Shown: in pieces, positions 8,660 through 13,982 of the stretch
Layout of the letters: every line of letters starts with the position of its first letter
How positions within the stretch are numbered: position 1 is the first letter of the stretch
Source of the DNA: Octopus sinensis
Taxonomy: Eukaryota
Assembly: GCF_006345805.1 (NCBI RefSeq)
Contig: NW_021826043.1
Location: 1-13,982, forward strand
DNA length: 13,982 nucleotides
Direction: 5' to 3'
Notes under the pieces: generated by a model
Seen by the model: the letters and a program-made list of their open reading frames with translations, nothing else
Told to the model about the DNA's origin: nothing
Databases searched by the model: none
Program-made: the position numbers and the translations under genes

Positions 8660-9010
8660 TTATCAGGTTCAACCATTATCATCTCAACATTATCAGAACC
8701 AACATTAAAGTTAACATTAACGGAAGCGCCATTATCAGAGCCAACATGATCAAAACCGCCATTAACAGAGCCAAAGTTGTCACAACCAACACTAAAATCA
8801 GCATGAAACCAACATTATTAGAATAGATGGTATTAAAAATTAACATCATCAGAATCAGCACTCAAATCAACATTATCACGATCAACATTAAAACAAACAT
8901 TAGCAAAACCAACACTAAAACCGTCACTAATTGAACCAAAACTTAAACCAACATTATCAGAACCAACACCAAAGCCAATATTAAATAGGACCAACAATAA
9001 AACAAACATT
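8660..9010. repeat. Degenerate A/C-rich minisatellite (motif about aacattatcagaaccaacactaaa), left part
   Basis: Recurrent aacattatcaga, accaacactaaa and aacattaa motifs. Confidence 0.8.
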
Positions 9011-9635
9011 CACTATTTCAGGGAGTGACGACCCTGCCTGATACGAGTCTCGGGCTCAGGTGGCTCCGGCTGATAGTACTCGGTATAGGCGGCGAGCTGG
9101 CAGAATCGTTAGCACGTCGGGCGAAATGCTTAGCGGTATTTCGGCTGCCGTTACGTTGTGAGTTCAAATTCCGCCGAGGTCGACTTTGCCTTTCATCCTT
9201 TCGAGGTCGAGAAATTAAGTACCAGTTACGCACTGGGGTCGATGTAATCGACTTAATACCTATGTTTGTCCTCTTGTGGGTAATAAAGAAATAGGTATGG
9301 GCCCCTATCCAGGGTTACGGAAAGGAGACACCCTTCAAAGAACTCCGGGGTGGAGCCCTGTAAGAGGTTTAGTGTTCGACTTGACACACTTCCGGCAGCT
9401 CCTGCAGCCAAGCTGGTACAAAATGTAGTGCTCTGTACTCCTTTGGACTACGTCAGCAAGGTCAAGAGAGGAATACTGACGATTGGGCTACGCAGGATTT
9501 TCTTACATCTAGCCCAGGCCTGCGCAAAACTGGAAAGGAAACTGGAGAGGACATGAAATGTAAAAACCAGACTGGATTAGTTTATGCACAACTCCAGTGT
9601 CTCCCGAGACAAAAAGATGCCAACAACAACAACAA
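9011..9635 (+). mobile_element. GC-richer insert ending in (CAA)5, interrupting the minisatellite; possible non-autonomous LINE (RTE-like) derivative
   Basis: Abrupt composition change; the same minisatellite resumes after 9640; caacaacaacaacaa at 9621-9635. RTE affiliation is inferred only from the short-repeat tail. Confidence 0.45.
9088..9298 (+). mobile_element. Well-preserved tRNA-derived SINE family A with Deu/Nin-like central domain
   Basis: A-box-like TGGCAGAATCG (9098-9108), B-box-like GAGTTCAAATTCC (9160-9172); GGTCGACTTTGCCTTTCATCCTTTCGAGGTCGAGAAATTAAGTACC resembles the Deu/Nin SINE domain as I recall it; three other partial copies in the window. Confidence 0.9.
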
Positions 9636-9639
9636 GACC

Positions 9640-9885
9640 ACGGTTAACTGAACCGACACTAAAACCAACATTATCAGAACCAACACTATAAGCAACATTA
9701 TTACAGCAAAATTATTAAACCAAAATTATCAAAAGCAACATTAAACTACCGTTAACTGAACCAACAATAAAACAAACATTATCAGAACACTAAAACTACG
9801 ATTAACTGAACCGACACTAAAGCTAACATTATCAGAAGCAACATTATAAGCAACATTATCAGAACCGGTACAAAAAACCAGCATT
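9640..9885. repeat. Same degenerate A/C-rich minisatellite, right part
   Basis: ttaactgaacc.acac/ataaa...aacattatcagaa recurs near 9645, 9753 and 9802; accaacaataaaacaaacatt is shared between about 8990 and 9760. Confidence 0.82.
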
Positions 9886-10015
9886 ATCGTTTCAATATCT
9901 TCACCTACATCTATCTATATTCTGATGTTATAAACCCTTAAGTGTGCCGCTATGTGGACGCTCAATCGGCTAGAAATGGTAGCGAAATCTCCTTCGAATC
10001 ACACGCAATCATCTT

Positions 10016-10035
10016 AAAAAAAAAAAAAAAAAAAA
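10016..10035 (+). repeat. A20 homopolymer, possibly part of an unidentified interspersed-repeat remnant
   Basis: Direct reading of the A run; the flanks could not be assigned from this window. Confidence 0.8.
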
Positions 10036-10244
10036 GGAAAGGCTCATCGGACAATGTAGTTATTGGTTTCTTGCATTTGGGGAAAATACATGATAGTCAC
10101 GGCTGGGATGCTTCTGATCATAGACCCCACCAGGGCTGACATCAGAGTAAAGCATAGCAACGCATATACACACCTACACTACAGAAACAGTCTCCAGACA
10201 ATTTCATAACAAAATTCTCTAAAATTCTCATCCTCCATCACTTC

Positions 10245-10350
10245 CACCACCACCACCACACCACCACCACCACCAACACCACTACCAACACCACCACCAC
10301 CACCACTACCAACACCACTACCAACACCACCACCACCATCACCACCACCA

Positions 10351-10392
<42 letters not shown>

Positions 10393-10855
10393 GACTACTA
10401 CCATTGCCATTATTATGTCGACATCTGCAACACCGTCTCGATGACGTCATACCTATCGACATTTGTTTCACTCAAGATGCCCTCCCACTACCGGTGTATT
10501 ATGTCCTTCTCCTCCTACTGCAACCCAATCCTGTAGCAATACCATACCATAAGTATATATATAAAAAGAAAAAAAAATACACATCCATCAACATCACCAC
10601 AACCATCATCGTTATCATCAACTCAACTACCACCACAGTCACTACGTCATCATAGTCATACCATCTCCACTACCGCCACAATCCTCCTCCTCTTCTTCTT
10701 CTTCTTCTTCTTCGTCTTCTTCATCTTCTTCTTCTTCATCATCATCATCATTATGGTCATCTTCCTAATTCTTGTCATCATCTTCATGAGCATCATCCAT
10801 CGCTCATAATTCATCTTCATCATCGTCATCGTCACCATCAACGTCGACGTCGCCG

Positions 10856-10907
<52 letters not shown>

Positions 10908-11130
10908 TATCATCACCATCATCAATATCATAACCCTCATCATCATCGTCATCATCGTCATCATCACCATCATCATCACTATCATCAATATCATCACCCT
11001 CATCATCATCGTCATCATCGTCATCATCATCATCATCATCATCATCATCGTCGTCATCATCATCATCATCATCATCATCACTGCTATTATCATCATCATA
11101 ATCATCATCATCACTGCCATTATCACCACA
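10245..11130. repeat. Compound (CAC)n, (CTA)n, (CTT)n, (CAT)n trinucleotide region with an internal 63-bp duplication
   Basis: Direct reading; atcaatatcat.accctcatcatcatcgtcatcatcgtcatcatca at 10921 and 10984. Confidence 0.94.
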
Positions 11131-11219
11131 TATTTTACACCATCAAAGAGAAACCAAGCCGGCATGTTACGACTGTCCTCTCAGGGTATTTGTTTTACTT
11201 GTTCTTTTGCAATTTTCTT

Positions 11220-11358
11220 GAGAGAGTGAGTGAGTGAGTGAGTGAGTGGGTGAGTGGGTGAGTTGGTGAGTGAGTGAGAGAGAGACAGAGAGGGAAAGAA
11301 CGAGAGGAGAGAGCGAGAGAAGGAGAGAGAGAGAGAGAGGGAAAGAGAGGGAGAGGCG
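11220..11358. repeat. (GAGT)n and (GA)n purine-rich repeats
   Basis: Direct reading. Confidence 0.94.
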
Positions 11359-12114
11359 GGCATAAATATGGAATATTTTCATTGATGCCAATTATTACAT
11401 GTAGTTTTCTTTAGTTGCATTTCACTTCCGGCAAACTGTCGCTCTGATCCGGTTTAGATCCCCGGTTGCAGTCATTTCCCTTCTTTTATGTCACTAATAA
11501 CATTGAAAAAAATGGCTCAAACAATCACATTACAAGATATTTTCCCACCTCCTACGGTCTCATAAATCTATGGCTTAAGATTAATGTCAGAAACAATCTC
11601 AGTTGCATCAGTAATAGACTAGGAAAGGCATGACCATCACACCATCTCTGGTTGGTTTAATACTCTTCCCTGTTTAACAGTGCCATATAATGCTTAGACG
11701 CCACCTTTAGTAGAGTCCACTAAAACAGTAAAAAAATTTGTCACCTTCCTTAACACCAGTACCAGACTCCTGATGACTTTAGTGAAATTTAATGTACTGC
11801 AATCATTCGAGTTACGTCTGTGGTTATGAATGCTTTCCTTCCTTTCTACCAACAGTCATAGAACACCTGAAAAGAAACAGGGTTGTTGCTTTCATTGCCT
11901 TTACAAAACCATTAAAATCAAATGCTTTCATACCTTAGTATGACCAAGGAAATTGCTTTGCTATGAAGCAGTTCAAAACATTTCGGAAAAGACCATACGT
12001 ATTTTCGAGGGATTTCATATATTGACGTAATTCGTTTATGTTGTGAGATATATTTCGAAAAGGCATGAAATAACACTCGATATTTTTCTAAAGATATTCA
12101 TAGGGGTTCACACA

Positions 12115-12400
12115 TATGATAATTGGCCGAAAAGTTCATAGGCTGGCCAAGACACTCTCATGGAATGTGCCCGAATGGGATTTATTTTTCTACATAGTTC
12201 TCCCTGCGGTCTACACACTTTTCCCATTGTGTTACAGTACTTGGACCCTATTTATGAAGATTTCATCCAGTTTGTCAAGAAAAAAAACCCCTATCAACGG
12301 CAGATATGAGATCATCATCACACTGATATTGTTTCCCAGCCAAGTGGCTTTTGTTTTTTTATTCCTGCTGGGAAGCAGATGATAGTCACATGAGAGCACG
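12115..12400 (-). mobile_element. 3' end of a mariner (Tc1/mariner, DD34D-type) transposon: decayed transposase C-terminus plus probable terminal repeat
   Basis: Minus-strand translation gives (S)CDYHLLP (cf. APSDYHLFP; D at 12385-12387), HLAGKQYQCDDDLISAVD and WEKCVDRRENYVEK* (12226-12182), with frameshifts and stops between the blocks. A probable TIR (ttggccgaaaagttcataggc) follows near 12115-12145. Confidence 0.85.
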
Positions 12401-12577
12401 TCTCTAACGACTGAGAAGAGAGACAGGATTCTTCCCTACGACAAGCGTGATGGAGTCATATCAGCGCTGATTTCAGTGACTCATTTCTTCGTTGCCGAGG
12501 GCTAAAGCACCTAAGTCACCCTGTCAGCTTTATAGGAAGATTAACTGATTTCGAAAATGGTGAAGTGAGAATTACAA

Positions 12578-12631
<54 letters not shown>

Positions 12632-12665
12632 TTATTATTATTATTATTATTATCAATATTATTAT
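12578..12665. repeat. (TTA)n array, read as (TAA)n on the sense strand of the adjacent retrotransposon
   Basis: Direct reading. Confidence 0.97.
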
Positions 12666-13982
12666 CTTTTTTTCTTCTTTCAAATTTGCTTCCATTTCTT
12701 GCCGAGTGTCTTCCCGACTCCTAGGGCAAAGAAACTCATAGTATACATTGGTAGGCCATTAAACTAAACTCACTAGTTCGTTCATTTTTTTTTTTAAAGT
12801 TAAATTAAAATACATGGATAGCAATAGTTCTCACATCGATAATGCTTTTCTCAATACGTGTGATGTACCAGTTAAGACAATCTTTTGCACTTCTTGCAGG
12901 GATGGTAAGCCAGGGATCATTCTCATATAATTTTCGGTTACCTTCTTGATCATTTCTAGTGCTCCTACGATCACTGGTATTGTAACCGCCTTGAAATGCC
13001 ACATTTTCTCAATTTCAATGAGCAGGTCTTTATATTTTCTGAGCTTGTCAAACTCTTTCGCTGAGATATTATGATCACAGGGTATGCTCATGTCGATCAA
13101 TAAGCAAACTTTATTGTGTTGGTCTTTCACAACAATATCTGGTTTATTGGCCTTGATGGTTCGGTCTGTATGTACTGGAAAGTCCCACAGAATCGTTACA
13201 TTTTCTCCCTCAGTTACAGCTTCAGGGTGGTGATTATACCACTTGTCGGCAGTTTTGATATTGTAATGCCGACTTATTAGCCAGTGTAGATATTAGCCAA
13301 CTCTGTCATGTCTTAATTTATACTCCACTGGTGCTAAGACTTTACATCCAGAGATTAGGTGATCCACTGTTTCAATCATGTCGTAGCAGAATCGGCATTT
13401 GGGTCTGCTCCATTTTTCATCACATGGCCTGGTAGTTCCGGGTTAATAGGCTTTGATCTTGAGCAGCCAGATAAAACCTTCGCTCTCTGCTTTTAGCCCT
13501 GAGCTCCGTAGCCACTGATGGGTTTGCTTCTGGTCAACATCAGCTTGTTTGCTAGGGCCACATATTTGCCGTGCAGAGGTTTCTCCTCCCACATATCAGC
13601 CAATTGCTCGTGCGCTTTTTTCGGTGCCATTATTTTCACTTCTTTGCAACAATAGTTTCCGTACTTCCTCGGGTTGTTCAGTTTGGGTATCCTGCACGAG
13701 ATCAATAGCAAATTTTTTGCTTTCCTTTATGATAGAATGACGCTTTTTTCGTCTCTCGTGATTTTCCACGAGCTTTAGCGTCCAGTCATTCGTTATTTCG
13801 AGATATTCGGCCAGTCCAATTGTGGGTTTTTTTTGTAAGTAGTTCAAATTGGATCAGGCCTCGACCTCCTTGGGCTCTGGGGAGGTAAAGGCGATCTACG
13901 TCTGCCTTTGGGTGGTGCATCCTATTACAACTCAGCAGCTTGCGCATTTTCCAATCTATATTCTTTACTTCACTCATATTCC
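12666..13982 (-). mobile_element. 3' part of an R4/Dong-clade non-LTR retrotransposon (RT C-terminal region, CCHC knuckle, PD-D RLE, 3' UTR), disrupted and continuing beyond the window
   Basis: MHHPKADVDRLYLPRAQGGRGL; WEEKPLHGKY; CRFCYDMIETVDHLISGC (C-X2-C-X8-H-X4-C, 13397-13344); RHD; ILWDFPVHTDRTIKANKPDIVVKD...IDMSIP...KEFDKLRKY; TIPVIVGAL; ORF end at 12831; about 165-bp 3' UTR, then (TAA)n. Several frameshifts and an in-frame TAA at 13293-13295. Confidence 0.93.

Noticed and set aside
8660-9885. Regularly recurring motifs as a CRISPR array
   Set aside because: Eukaryotic context, degenerate low-complexity units, no unique spacers and no cas genes.
10238-11165. Poly-M/V/K ORFs on the minus strand
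   Set aside because: Trinucleotide-repeat artefacts.
11768-11795. CUGAUGA-cuuuagu-GAAA hammerhead-like string
   Set aside because: Stem II cannot form with a viable loop, and no stem I or III is present.
11650-11900. Acceptor-like sites on both strands
   Set aside because: Followed by stops in all frames or by only very short frames with weak donors.

Overview
AT-rich eukaryotic, largely non-coding DNA, dense in microsatellites and decayed transposons. No intact protein-coding gene is supported; most long ORFs in the track are translations of simple repeats. The SINE families and repeat landscape resemble what I recall from octopus (coleoid cephalopod) genomes, but this is an inference, not a database match. 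Supported content: (1) two minus-strand 3' fragments of R4/Dong-clade non-LTR retrotransposons with a CCHC knuckle and restriction-like endonuclease (RLE), an old one at about 1236-2157 and a younger one from 12666 to the window end that abuts a (TAA)n array; (2) the 3' end of a mariner transposase pseudogene (about 12115-12400, minus); (3) two tRNA-derived SINE families in several copies; (4) a near-perfect 84/90-bp inverted-repeat element (4816-5077); (5) a 196-bp element embedded in (TA)n that carries a minimal, non-canonical hammerhead-ribozyme-like motif on the minus strand (7834-7869); (6) a nested insertion (SINE inside a GC-rich (CAA)n-tailed element inside a minisatellite). The hammerhead-like motif is the most interesting candidate.
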